Translations under genes and position numbers: made by a program
Notes under the pieces: model-generated
What the model was told of the DNA's origin: nothing
Seen by the model: the letters and a program-made list of their open reading frames with translations, nothing else
Databases searched by the model: none
From: Patescibacteria group bacterium
Lineage (GTDB): Bacteria; Patescibacteriota; Patescibacteriia; Patescibacteriales; UBA12075
Length of the DNA: 64,000 bases
NCBI GenBank assembly: GCA_018897195.1
Contig: JAHILH010000001.1
Coordinates: 92,565-156,564 of the forward strand
Direction: 5' to 3'
Shown: positions 9,312 through 18,832 of the stretch, in pieces
How positions within the stretch are numbered: the first letter of the stretch is position 1
How the letters are laid out: the number at the start of each line of letters is the position of its first letter

Positions 9312-11318
9312 ATGTTGAATCGAAAGTCAGCCCGAGGCGGATCCGCCTTGAACGGGAAAAAAAAGAACACCGATTTTGTGAAAAAAGAGAATCGTCAGAA
9401 AATTGTTTTGGCGATTGTTTTTTTATTGGCGGCGGGGATTATTTATCGCTTGTTTGATTTGCAAGTAATAAAGCATGATTTGTATACAAAGATGGCCTCT
9501 GTGCAGCATCAAGTATATAATAAATTAATGCCGATGCGAGGACGGATTTTTTTGACCGATGAGAAAAATACTGATTTTGATGGTTTGTATCCATTGGCGA
9601 TTAATAAGGAGTTCGCAACAATTTTTGCCGTGCCGGCCGACATTGTTGATGATCCAGCTACGGTGGCTGGAAAATTGTATGACATTTTGGATAAGGAGGA
9701 TGTGGAAAAGGAGGTGGCGATTTTTCTAAGCAGTGATCCGCTTTTTGCTGAGGCTACTTCAACTATTGAATTTGTAATTGCATCATCGTCTAATTATATA
9801 AACCCTGACTTGGTGGCTAAATTGGCAGACGCGAAGTATTACAATCGATTGGCTGAATTCAAGCTAATTAAAAAAGAGCTGGAAATCGAATGGCGTCGTG
9901 ATGTAATTTTGAAAAAATATACGGAAAGATTGTCAAAGAAAAACGATCTTTATGAATTGATTAAGCGCAAAGTTGATGAAGATAATTTAAAATTAATTAC
10001 CGATCTGAATATTACTGGCATCGAACATGTTATGGAGAGTTATCGCTTTTATCCAAGTGGTAATATGAGTTCGCATATAACCGGTTATGTATCAAATACT
10101 GACGATGGTCAAGTGGGGCATTATGGCCTGGAAGGGTTTTTCAATGAAGAGTTAACTGGTATAGCTGGGTTTATGAGGGCGGAACGATCGGCTAATGGCA
10201 AGGTGGTAATTGTTGATGACCGCGAAGTGTTACAGGCTCAGAATGGTAGTGATATTATCTTAACGATTGATCGTTCAATCCAATATGAAGCTTGCACAAG
10301 AATTAAGGAGGGGGTAATCAAATATGGTGCGCGCACCGGAAGTGTGATTATCATGGAGCCGAAGACGGGGGCTATTTTGGCGATGTGTTCTTATCCTGAT
10401 TTTGATCCGAATAATTACAATGAAGCGCCGGACATGAATATTTTTAATAATCCGAGTATTTTCGGCGGATATGAGCCGGGATCAATTTTTAAAGCTTATA
10501 CTTTGGCGGCTGGCTTGGATCAAGAAAAGATTACGCCGAAGACAACTTATACTGATAAAGGTTTTGTGATGGTGCCGGGATGGAGTAAACCGATTAAAAA
10601 TTCTGATTTTTTGAAAAAAGGCGGACACGGCGTAGTGGATATGGATACGGTTTTGGAAAAATCTTTGAATACGGGTACGATTTTTGTGATGAATAAAATT
10701 GGTGCCGAAACCTTTATTGATTATGTGAAAAAATTTGGTTTTGGCGAAAAAACCGGTATTGAATTGGAGACGGAAAGCATAACCAATATTGTGAATTTAA
10801 ACCGAAAGACTTTGCGTCCGATTGAGGTGGCAACGGCAACTTTTGGACAAGGTATTACCGCGACACCATTGCAATTGACCGCAGCTTATGCAGCTATTGC
10901 TAATGGTGGTATTTTGATGAAGCCTTATTTGGTAAAAGAAATTAGAACTTCATCTGGTGAAAAAAGCGCCACGCAACCGACTGAGGTGCGCCGTGTGATT
11001 TCAGAACGAGCAGCGATGATGCTGTCTGGCATGTTGGTAAATGTAATTGATAAAGGTCATGCCAAGTTGGCAGCCGTGCCTGGTTATTACATTGCCGGTA
11101 AGACTGGTACAGCGCAGGTAGCTGGTCGCGGAGGTTATATCAATCGGACCATGCACAGCTTTGCTGGTTTTGCGCCGGTTGATGATCCAAAATTTGTTGC
11201 CTTGGTTATGTTGGATAACCCTGTTAATTCGCCTTGGGCTGATTCTTCAGCGGCACCGACATTCCAACAGGTTGCGTCATTTATTTTGAATTATTATCAA
11301 GTGGCGAAAGAGCGATAG
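9312..11318 (+). CDS. ftsI: Class B penicillin-binding protein (FtsI/PBP3-like)
   Basis: N-terminal TM; EPGSIFK (SxxK), SLN (SxN) and KTGT motifs; dcw position. Confidence 0.9.
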   Translation: MLNRKSARGGSALNGKKKNTDFVKKENRQKIVLAIVFLLAAGIIYRLFDLQVIKHDLYTKMASVQHQVYNKLMPMRGRIFLTDEKNTDFDGLYPLAINKEFATIFAVPADIVDDPATVAGKLYDILDKEDVEKEVAIFLSSDPLFAEATSTIEFVIASSSNYINPDLVAKLADAKYYNRLAEFKLIKKELEIEWRRDVILKKYTERLSKKNDLYELIKRKVDEDNLKLITDLNITGIEHVMESYRFYPSGNMSSHITGYVSNTDDGQVGHYGLEGFFNEELTGIAGFMRAERSANGKVVIVDDREVLQAQNGSDIILTIDRSIQYEACTRIKEGVIKYGARTGSVIIMEPKTGAILAMCSYPDFDPNNYNEAPDMNIFNNPSIFGGYEPGSIFKAYTLAAGLDQEKITPKTTYTDKGFVMVPGWSKPIKNSDFLKKGGHGVVDMDTVLEKSLNTGTIFVMNKIGAETFIDYVKKFGFGEKTGIELETESITNIVNLNRKTLRPIEVATATFGQGITATPLQLTAAYAAIANGGILMKPYLVKEIRTSSGEKSATQPTEVRRVISERAAMMLSGMLVNVIDKGHAKLAAVPGYYIAGKTGTAQVAGRGGYINRTMHSFAGFAPVDDPKFVALVMLDNPVNSPWADSSAAPTFQQVASFILNYYQVAKER

Positions 11319-11323
11319 CACAT

Positions 11324-11491
11324 CGTCATTCCCGCGAAGGCGGGAATCCAGGTGCCACAGATAATGGCTGCATAATTATAGAAAATGTTTTAATAAAAAT
11401 ATTAATAACAAGAGACTTCGTAAATTTAAATTTTCCCGATATTAAAAACGATATACGAGGTACCTGGATCCCCGCCTTCGCGGGGATGACG
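11324..11491 (+). mobile_element. CGTC/dRS3-like hairpin-doublet element, copy 1 (168 bp)
   Basis: CGTCATTCCCGCGAAGGCGGGAATCCAGG...CCTGGATCCCCGCCTTCGCGGGGATGACG with an AT-rich core. Confidence 0.85.
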
Positions 11492-11501
11492 GAAGAAATA
11501 T

Positions 11502-12788
11502 ATGAAAAAACTATTACAATTAAAATTGAAAATATTATCTCAGTTAATTTTGAAAAAATATCAGCCGAAAGTGATCGGTATTACGGGGAGTGTGGGTAAA
11601 ACGACCACCAAGGAGGCTGTTTACGCTGTCTTGAAAGATAAATTCAAGGTGCGCCGCAATATCAAGAACTATAACAATGAGATTGGTTTGCCCTTGACTA
11701 TCATTGGCGTGGAGTCGCCCGGAAAAAATCTTTTTGGCTGGCTTGGAGTTTTTTGGAAGGCCGTGTTTATGATTTTGATTAAAGATAAAGATTATCCTGA
11801 GGTTTTGATTTTGGAAATGGGTATTGATCGTCCGGGCGATATGATGTATTTGAATGAGATTGCCAATCCAAGTATTGCGATTGTGACGGCGGTGGGCAAT
11901 GTGCACTTGGAATATTTTGGATCGCGGAAAAAATTACAAAAAGAAAAGGCGGATTTGGTGCGGGTGGTTCCCAAGGAAGGCTTGGTTGTTTTGAATTTTG
12001 ACAATGAACTGGTGCGAGAAATGAAAAAAGACAGTAGGGCCAAGGTGGTGACGTTTGGCATGGATCCGGGGGCGGATTTGAATTGCAGTGAATCGCGTTT
12101 TAGCTTTGAGGGCGGTGGTAGTTTGCAAGGCATTAGTTTTAAAATCAAATACAATGGATCGACAGTACCTTTTCTAATACCAGGCGTAATCGGTTTTAAT
12201 TCGATTTATGCGGCCATGGCGGCAATTGCAGTTGCCACAAATTTCGGAATGAATATGGTGGAGATTGCGAGCAGGCTGAAGGAATTTCGATCACCGCAGG
12301 GTCGAATGAATCTACTCAAGGGTATTAAAAACACTTCGATAATTGATGATACATACAATTCTGAACCAGTCTCTTGTGTGGCAGGCTTGGATGTTTTAGG
12401 AAAGTTTGCGGTTAATGTTGGTGCGAAGAAGTTTGCAGTTCTGGGAGATATGTTGGAGCTTGGCCAAGAGAGCGTGGAGCGACATAGGGAAATTGGCGAG
12501 AAGGTAAAAAGCGCAGGCGTAAATGTTTTAATTACGGTCGGTGAGCGCTCACGCGATATTGATCATGGAGCGATTGAGGCAGGCATGAAAACTGATAATG
12601 TTTTTCATTTTAATAATTCCGAGGAAGCTGGTCTTTTTGTGCAGGAAAAAATCAGACAAGGGGATTTAATTTTTGTGAAAGGGTCACAGGGTGTCCGCAT
12701 GGAAAAGGTAGTAAAAGAAATTATGGCTGAACCGTTACGTGCAGAGGAGTTGTTGGTGCGCCAGGATAAGGAGTGGGGTAATAAATAA
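11502..12788 (+). CDS. murF: UDP-MurNAc-tripeptide--D-Ala-D-Ala ligase
   Basis: GITGSVGKTTTK, NNEIGLP, DDTYN, GDMLELG and KGSQG motifs. Confidence 0.93.
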   Translation: MKKLLQLKLKILSQLILKKYQPKVIGITGSVGKTTTKEAVYAVLKDKFKVRRNIKNYNNEIGLPLTIIGVESPGKNLFGWLGVFWKAVFMILIKDKDYPEVLILEMGIDRPGDMMYLNEIANPSIAIVTAVGNVHLEYFGSRKKLQKEKADLVRVVPKEGLVVLNFDNELVREMKKDSRAKVVTFGMDPGADLNCSESRFSFEGGGSLQGISFKIKYNGSTVPFLIPGVIGFNSIYAAMAAIAVATNFGMNMVEIASRLKEFRSPQGRMNLLKGIKNTSIIDDTYNSEPVSCVAGLDVLGKFAVNVGAKKFAVLGDMLELGQESVERHREIGEKVKSAGVNVLITVGERSRDIDHGAIEAGMKTDNVFHFNNSEEAGLFVQEKIRQGDLIFVKGSQGVRMEKVVKEIMAEPLRAEELLVRQDKEWGNK

Positions 12789-12852
12789 GACATTTGCGCT
12801 AATTTTAGAAGTGTGCTATTTTTTTAGCAAATAATAATTAACTATAAAAACT

Positions 12853-13551
12853 ATGATTAGTATCTTAATTCCAGTTTATAATCAAGCTGACAAGATAAAG
12901 GCTTGTTTGGAAACTATTAAAAATCAAACTATTCAAGATTTTGAGATTATCATTGTTAATGATGGCTCAAAGGATAATATTGAGGAGGTAATGGAGGACT
13001 GTAAAGGTATGTTCACACAAAAATTTTCTTTTATTAGTCAGGTTAATCAAGGAGCGCCAGCAGCACGAAATCGTGCTTGGAAAGAGGCGACCGGTGAATA
13101 TTTGTTATTCAGTGATGCTGATCTAAAAATGGAGCCGACAATGTTTGAGGAGATGTTGAAAGCGCTCAAAGAAAATCCTGAGGCTTCATATGCTTATTGT
13201 TCTCATATGTTTGGTGAAAAATTATTTAGATTTTGGCCGTTTGATGCTGATAAATTAAGAGAGATTCCTTACGTTCATTCAACTTCGCTAATCAGGGCTA
13301 AAGATTTTCCAGAGGCGGGTTGGGATATTACATTTAAAAAATTCCAAGATTGGGATATTTTCTTAACCATGCTAGATAATGGTAAAACCGGTGTTTGGAT
13401 TGATAAAGTTTTGTTCAAGATTGAGACAGGTGGAACGATGAGTGGTTGGTTGCCAGCCGTAGCTTATAGATTGTTTCCGTTTTTGCCTAAAGTAAAAAAA
13501 TATCAACAATGGATGGCCATTATTAAGAAGAAGCATAATATAAAATTCTAA
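12853..13551 (+). CDS. GT2 family glycosyltransferase
   Basis: ISILIPVYN, NDGSKD, DAD and QDWD motifs. Confidence 0.92.
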   Translation: MISILIPVYNQADKIKACLETIKNQTIQDFEIIIVNDGSKDNIEEVMEDCKGMFTQKFSFISQVNQGAPAARNRAWKEATGEYLLFSDADLKMEPTMFEEMLKALKENPEASYAYCSHMFGEKLFRFWPFDADKLREIPYVHSTSLIRAKDFPEAGWDITFKKFQDWDIFLTMLDNGKTGVWIDKVLFKIETGGTMSGWLPAVAYRLFPFLPKVKKYQQWMAIIKKKHNIKF

Positions 13552-14015
13552 TGCGTAAAATATTTTCATTGTTGGCTGTCTTGTTAATCGTTGGCGTAGC
13601 TTATTTGGAAATTAAAGAAAATACCAAAGACGGCCGCTCTTTAGAGTTTCCAAATGTTAAAATAAATGAGACTATTATTAAAGTGCTAGTGGCCGATGAC
13701 ATGCAGGAGCAAACGCAGGGCTTGAGCGATAGGCCGAAGTTGGAAAAAAGTGAGGGCATGCTTTTTGTTTTTGACACCAAGCAGGAACGTTCATTTTGGA
13801 TGAAACAGATGAATTTCCCGTTGGATATTATCTGGATTGAGGATGATAAAATTGTAAATATTCATAAAAATTTACCACCTGAAGGTGATAATCCGGAAAA
13901 TCACTATGCCTCGCAATTTAGAATAAATTATGTTTTGGAGGTAAATGCCGGATTTGTAGATGAGCAAAAAATAAAAATTGGTGACACTGTCCAATACAAA
14001 TTGATTAAAAATTAA
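13551..14015 (+). CDS. DUF192 family protein
   Basis: GLS.R..GMLFVF, FWMKQMNFPLDII and YVLEVNAG motifs. Confidence 0.9.
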   Translation: MRKIFSLLAVLLIVGVAYLEIKENTKDGRSLEFPNVKINETIIKVLVADDMQEQTQGLSDRPKLEKSEGMLFVFDTKQERSFWMKQMNFPLDIIWIEDDKIVNIHKNLPPEGDNPENHYASQFRINYVLEVNAGFVDEQKIKIGDTVQYKLIKN

Positions 14016-14025
14016 AAATAAAAAA

Positions 14026-15588
14026 ATGAATCTAGATAAAAGTTTTTTTACGGTCAAAAAATTCGTGGCGGCGATCCCGACCATGCAAAAAACCGATGGT
14101 TTTTTTAAAAAAGTCCTGCTTGCCTTTTTGGCCATTGAGACGCTTTCATTGATTGGTTTTATTTTTCCTGTTTGGGGAAAGATTATTTTTGTTCTTGTGG
14201 TCTTGGGGGTGGTATTTTTAACATTCAAAAATTTAGAGTATGGGTTATTTATTTTGTTGGCTGAGTTAATTACCGGTTCAAAGGGGTATTTACTTTTTTT
14301 TAATTTGCCACACTTTAATTTGTCTATTAGAATGGCTTTATTTATTGTGGTTATAATTGCCATGGTGGGACAAATTAGCCTACTTGCGATTAAGACTAAA
14401 ACTTGTCCGCTATTACATTTTTTGAAAAATAAAAACTTTAAATATTTCGTACCGATTATTTTTTTCATAGGCTGGGGGGTGATAAACGCTTTTTTGAGCC
14501 ACAATGATTTCTCTTATATCTACCAAGATGCCAATGGTTGGCTGTTTTTTGCTTTAATTTTTCCTGTTTATTTTATCTACGAAAATAAAGAGGAGGATGG
14601 TAAAAAAATATTTAAGGAAAAAATTATTACTCTATTATTGGCGGCTACTTTTTGGATGGCGATAAAAACCTTTGTATTACTTTTTGTCTTTTCTCATAAT
14701 TCAGCCTCTACTATGACAACTGTTTATAAGTGGGTTCGCGATACAGGGGTGGGGGAAATAACAAGAATGCCAACCGGTTTTATTCGCATATTTTTTCAAT
14801 CGCATATTTTTGCAATTGTGTCGTTCTTTATAGTTTTATTCTCAATCGTGGAAAGCAAGAAAGTGAAAATTTTTGATTTTTTGCTCTTGACTACTTATGC
14901 GGCAATTACGATTTTGTCTTATTCACGTAGTAATTGGGTTGGCTTTGCAGGTGGCTTAGCTGTGTACTTGTTAATTATTTTATTTTTAAAATCTTGGTCT
15001 AGGATCGGCAAGGTTTTTTTGGCAGGTATTGCCTCGATGATTGTGTCGTTTATTTTTATCAATATATTGATCACATTTCCACACCCAAAACCGACGTCAA
15101 ATTTTAACACGATGGATATCGCGGAAAGAGCAACACAAATTACAAATGAGGCTGGAGTGTCTTCGCGTTGGAAATTATTAACACCTCTTTGGTCTGAAAT
15201 TAAAAAGTATTTTGTTATGGGTCATGGCTATGGTTCGACTGTAACCTATTTTAGTGAGGACCCGAGAGTGTTGGAAACAAGTCCGACTGGAGAGCTTACT
15301 ACTTTTGCTTTTGAATGGGGCTGGTTGGAGATTTGGTTAAAACTAGGTTTAATAGGAATGGCGTATTATTTATTTTTGATTGGCAGATTTACGGTATTTA
15401 ATTTCCATCTTAAAACACTTAATGATTTTTTTACGAGTCCGGAAAATATCACTAAATTAGCGCTAATAATTGGCTTAATTACTATTTCCATAATTTCGTT
15501 TTTTAGTCCCTACATGAATCATCCGTTGGGCATAGGATATTTAATTTTAATGTCGATTTTTATTGACAAAAAGTCCTTAAATAGTTAG
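14026..15588 (+). CDS. O-antigen ligase/polymerase (Wzy_C) family membrane protein
   Basis: Polytopic; SYSRSNW, SRW.L and GHGYG motifs. Confidence 0.8.
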   Translation: MNLDKSFFTVKKFVAAIPTMQKTDGFFKKVLLAFLAIETLSLIGFIFPVWGKIIFVLVVLGVVFLTFKNLEYGLFILLAELITGSKGYLLFFNLPHFNLSIRMALFIVVIIAMVGQISLLAIKTKTCPLLHFLKNKNFKYFVPIIFFIGWGVINAFLSHNDFSYIYQDANGWLFFALIFPVYFIYENKEEDGKKIFKEKIITLLLAATFWMAIKTFVLLFVFSHNSASTMTTVYKWVRDTGVGEITRMPTGFIRIFFQSHIFAIVSFFIVLFSIVESKKVKIFDFLLLTTYAAITILSYSRSNWVGFAGGLAVYLLIILFLKSWSRIGKVFLAGIASMIVSFIFINILITFPHPKPTSNFNTMDIAERATQITNEAGVSSRWKLLTPLWSEIKKYFVMGHGYGSTVTYFSEDPRVLETSPTGELTTFAFEWGWLEIWLKLGLIGMAYYLFLIGRFTVFNFHLKTLNDFFTSPENITKLALIIGLITISIISFFSPYMNHPLGIGYLILMSIFIDKKSLNS

Positions 15589-15675
15589 GATTTGGGGCGC
15601 CTTGCAAAAAAACCACTTTTAATATATATTTATAAAATATTTATTAATATTATTTATTCAATTAAAAATTATACT

Positions 15676-16134
15676 ATGGAAGATCAAATTATTACACAAG
15701 AGGGTTATGATAAGCTGAAGGATGAGTTGGATCATTTAAAAAATTTTAAAAGAAGAGAAATTGCGGATAGAATTCAAAAGGCCAAGGATATGGGCGACTT
15801 GAGTGAAAATGCCGAGTATTCTGAGGCTAAAGACGCACAGGCCTTCAATGATGGCCGCATTGCAGAATTAATGGCGATGTTGAAGAATTTAACCGTAGTC
15901 GAGTCAACTGAACATCATGATTCTATTGGTATGGGCTCGAAAATTGTAGTTAAGTCAGATGGCAAGGAAAGAGAGTTCATGATTGTAAGTTTTAATGAGG
16001 CTGATCCGATTAATGGCAAGATTTCAAATGAATCACCGTTGGGTAAAGCGTTTATTGGTAAAAAGAAAGGCGCGGTTGTGATGGTGCAGACTCCGAAGGG
16101 GGCAAAGGAGTATAGGATTGAGAAGATTAAGTAG
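15676..16134 (+). CDS. greA: Transcription elongation factor GreA
   Basis: GDLSENAEY and ISNESPLGKA motifs; start reassigned to ATG 15676. Confidence 0.97.
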   Translation: MEDQIITQEGYDKLKDELDHLKNFKRREIADRIQKAKDMGDLSENAEYSEAKDAQAFNDGRIAELMAMLKNLTVVESTEHHDSIGMGSKIVVKSDGKEREFMIVSFNEADPINGKISNESPLGKAFIGKKKGAVVMVQTPKGAKEYRIEKIK

Positions 16135-16149
16135 ATTATTACATTTTTT

Positions 16150-16179
16150 AAAAGCTCGAATTAGTTTCGAGCTTTTTTT
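16150..16179 (+). terminator. Intrinsic terminator after greA
   Basis: AAAAGCTCGAA / TTCGAGCTTTT followed by a T-run. Confidence 0.85.
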
Positions 16180-16223
16180 GTTTGATTTTTTCTTATTATT
16201 TTAAGCTACGCGCTCTCGCTTGT

Positions 16224-16330
16224 GTTACTTTTGGGGGCAAAAGTAACCAAAACCCTTGGGGGTGTTAAATGCGCTATCACTTGAAGGGTTTTATCTATTT
16301 TAATACTGGCGCTTAGTTCACACCCCCAAG
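16224..16330. repeat. Two-hairpin structured intergenic element
   Basis: GTTACTTTTG/CAAAAGTAAC stem, then CTTGGGGGTGT (16255-65) pairing with ACACCCCCAAG (16320-30). Confidence 0.55.
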
Positions 16331-16380
16331 CCCCCAGTGTTATTCTAATATTGGAGAAAATATGGGGTATTATTTAGGAT

Positions 16381-16434
16381 TTGACAAAAAATAACAATAT
16401 GATATATTTAATACATACTAATTCAGTAGGATAT
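16381..16434 (+). promoter_or_regulatory. Promoter and probable Rrf2/IscR autoregulatory operator
   Basis: TTGACA at 16381; imperfect palindrome ATACATACT-AATTC-AGTAGGATAT (16411-16434) overlapping the start codon. Confidence 0.5.
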
Positions 16435-16831
16435 GAAATTTTCAACAAAAACAACTTACGGTTTGCGAGCAATGATTTTGTTGGCCCAAGAAAAGAATAA
16501 GAGTGTTCCGCTATCTATGGTGGCGGAGCGCGAAGATATTTCTTTGAAATATTTAGAAAGAATATTTGCCCAATTAAAAAAGGCAAATTTAATTACTTCG
16601 GAAATGGGATCAATGGGCGGTTATTGTTTAGCTGGTGAGGCCAAGGATATTACGGTCTATGATATTGTCAAAACTCTGGAGGGTGAAATTGCCCCTTTTT
16701 ACTGTGTGGCCAAAAGCGAGAAAGTTTTTTGCGGTCATAAATGTAATTGTGGCGTGACCGGAGTTTTGAAAAAAGTACAGGATTCATTAGTTGAGACTTT
16801 GAGAGGAATTAAATTGGTGGATTTAATTTAA
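16433..16831 (+). CDS. Rrf2 family regulator (IscR-like)
   Basis: STKTTYGLRAM, YLERIF..L and G..GGY motifs; Cys cluster for Fe-S binding; heads the Fe-S genes. Confidence 0.9.
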   Translation: MKFSTKTTYGLRAMILLAQEKNKSVPLSMVAEREDISLKYLERIFAQLKKANLITSEMGSMGGYCLAGEAKDITVYDIVKTLEGEIAPFYCVAKSEKVFCGHKCNCGVTGVLKKVQDSLVETLRGIKLVDLI

Positions 16832-16835
16832 TCCA

Positions 16836-17000
16836 CGTCATTCCCGCGAAGGCGGGAATCCAGACACCTCAGATATTGAATTAAATTTAAAGAAAATAAA
16901 TGTTGATTTGATATTATTGCAAAGCATTTATAAAAATAGTTTCTATAATTATTAATCCACTCATTGTGGAGCCTGGATTCCCGCCTTCGCGGGAATGACG
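16836..17000 (-). mobile_element. CGTC/dRS3-like hairpin-doublet element, copy 2 (165 bp, inverted)
   Basis: Same terminal hairpins; the internal CCAC, ATTATAGA and GAGGT motifs read on the minus strand. Confidence 0.85.
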
Positions 17001-17005
17001 CAATA

Positions 17006-17746
17006 ATGAAATATTCTATTTTCATTTTACTGTTTCTGTTTACATTTCCTGTTTTTGTGACGGCAAATAATATTATCGACGCTGACGGCGATGGCGTTTC
17101 TGACGCAGATGAGATAAATATTTATAAAACTGATCCCAATCTTGCGGATTCAGACAGTGATGGTTATAGTGATTGGCTTGAATTGAATAATGGATTTTCA
17201 CCACTGACAAAGGAGAATTTAAAATTAGAAGATGTTGATACCGACAAAGATGGCTTGAGTGATAGAATGGAGTTGAAATTTGGTACTGATTTAAAAAATC
17301 CCGATACTGATGGTGATGGCTATAAAGACGGCGAGGAAATAAAATTTTATTTTGACCCCTTGAATAAAGAGGCGGTAAAATTACCAAAGAGGTTAGAAGT
17401 GAGTCTTGGCGGGCAGATGGTCTATTATTTTTTGGATGGAGTAAGAATGGGTTCTTTTAAAATTTCCTCTGGCAAGGCAAGTATGCCGACACCCAAGGGA
17501 CATTTTAAAATAATCAATAAGGCCAAAAAGGTTTGGTCTGATTATGGCCTATGGATGCCATATTGGATGGGTATGGGTACTGGTAAGTTTGGTTTTCACG
17601 AATTGCCAATTTGGCCCAATGGTTATCGTGAAGGGGAAAATCATTTGGGTATTCCAGTTTCGCACGGTTGCGTACGCCTAGGTGTTGGATCGGCAAAATT
17701 TTTGTACGACTGGGCTGAAGTTAGCACGCCGGTGTTTATTTATTAA
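17006..17746 (+). CDS. L,D-transpeptidase (YkuD) with thrombospondin type-3-like Ca-binding repeats
   Basis: Signal peptide; D.DGDG.SD..E repeats; TP.G.F and HELP...SHGCVRL motifs. Confidence 0.9.
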   Translation: MKYSIFILLFLFTFPVFVTANNIIDADGDGVSDADEINIYKTDPNLADSDSDGYSDWLELNNGFSPLTKENLKLEDVDTDKDGLSDRMELKFGTDLKNPDTDGDGYKDGEEIKFYFDPLNKEAVKLPKRLEVSLGGQMVYYFLDGVRMGSFKISSGKASMPTPKGHFKIINKAKKVWSDYGLWMPYWMGMGTGKFGFHELPIWPNGYREGENHLGIPVSHGCVRLGVGSAKFLYDWAEVSTPVFIY

Positions 17747-17771
17747 AAAATTTATTATTAAGTTAAAACAT

Positions 17772-18134
17772 ATGTACACAGACAAAGTTTTGGAACATTT
17801 TCGCAATCCGCATAATCAAGGCGTGATTGAAGATGCCGATGCATTCGGGCAAGAAGGTAACGCTAGCTGCGGTGATATTATGAAAATATATCTAAAGGTC
17901 AAGGATGACAAGATTGATGAAATCAAATTTGAGACCTTGGGATGCGCAGCGGCGATTGCAGTGTCTTCGGCCTTGACGGATATGGCCAAAGGCAAGACCT
18001 TAAGTGATGCAGCGGCTATTACAAAAAATGATATAATTGAGGACTTAGGTGGTTTACCAAATCCCAAAATTCATTGTTCGATGTTGGGCGTTGACGCTTT
18101 GCGGACAGCGATTAAGCAATATCAAGATAAATAA
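17772..18134 (+). CDS. iscU: Fe-S scaffold IscU/NifU N-terminal type
   Basis: HFRNPHN, CGD, GCAAAIA and KIHCS motifs. Confidence 0.93.
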   Translation: MYTDKVLEHFRNPHNQGVIEDADAFGQEGNASCGDIMKIYLKVKDDKIDEIKFETLGCAAAIAVSSALTDMAKGKTLSDAAAITKNDIIEDLGGLPNPKIHCSMLGVDALRTAIKQYQDK

Positions 18135-18143
18135 TACTATATA

Positions 18144-18182
18144 TCTCCATCTCCTGGTCAGGAGAGGGTCGGGGTGAGGTTG
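18144..18182 (-). repeat. REP-like palindromic repeat, CCTCACCCC..CCCTCTCC family, copy 2
   Basis: Reverse complement reads CAACCTCACCCCGACCCTCTCCTGACCAGGAGATGGAGA. Confidence 0.8.
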
Positions 18183-18226
18183 CAGTTTGATGCAATTACA
18201 CTTTTTAAATAACTAATCATAACTAT

Positions 18227-18463
18227 ATGTCGCAAGAAACAATCGAAAAAATTAAACAAGCGTTAGAAATCGTGAGACCGTCATTGCAAATGGATGGTGG
18301 TGACGTGCAATTTGTAAACTGGAATGAAAAAACCGGTATCCTTGAAGTTGCTTTGATGGGAATGTGTACTACTTGCCCAATGTCACAAATTACTTTGAAG
18401 CAAGGAATTGAAGTCGAGGTGCAAAAATTGGCGCCGGAAGTTTTGGAAGTGAAGGCGGTTTAA
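18227..18463 (+). CDS. NifU C-terminal (Nfu) domain protein
   Basis: VRPSLQMDGGDV and G.CxxC.MS..TLK.GIE motifs. Confidence 0.93.
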   Translation: MSQETIEKIKQALEIVRPSLQMDGGDVQFVNWNEKTGILEVALMGMCTTCPMSQITLKQGIEVEVQKLAPEVLEVKAV

Positions 18464-18493
18464 TCAGTAATTAAGTATCGTTTTTTTGGAAAT

Positions 18494-18827
18494 AAAAGAG
18501 GCCTTGCTAATTTTTTGCAAGGCCAGGGATGAGAATGTTGATAGTTGACTGAGTGACAATTGTTTGTTGACACGGCCGGTGGGGGTGGCCTACATGATGT
18601 TTTCTTTGTCGTTGACCAAGGATTTTTCTCCGTTTTGAAGAGTTTTGGTTAGACGTCGGTGGGGTCGCTACACATGAATTTTTCCTCCTTGTTTTAAGGA
18701 TGAATCAATTGCTGCTGCCTTTTTCCGATGGACTTCCATCACCAATGGGTCTCACGTTTTCCCTCCTGTCAATTATACACATTTTTTCTCAATACTTTAA
18801 TTATAGCAAAAATTTAAAATTAATCAA
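18494..18827 (-). ncRNA. Candidate antisense small transcript carrying three SD-led mini-ORFs (16, 8 and 9 aa)
   Basis: Minus-strand TTGATT-16-TATAAT with extended TG; terminator GGCCTTGC/GCAAGGCC followed by TCTTTT; GGAG motifs before each ORF. Confidence 0.4.
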
Positions 18828-18832
18828 ATAAT

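Noticed and set aside
16828..17025. Short ORFs with SFPRRRESR / LDSRLRGND peptides (also 26041-26329)
   Set aside because: These are translations of the palindromic element, not genes.
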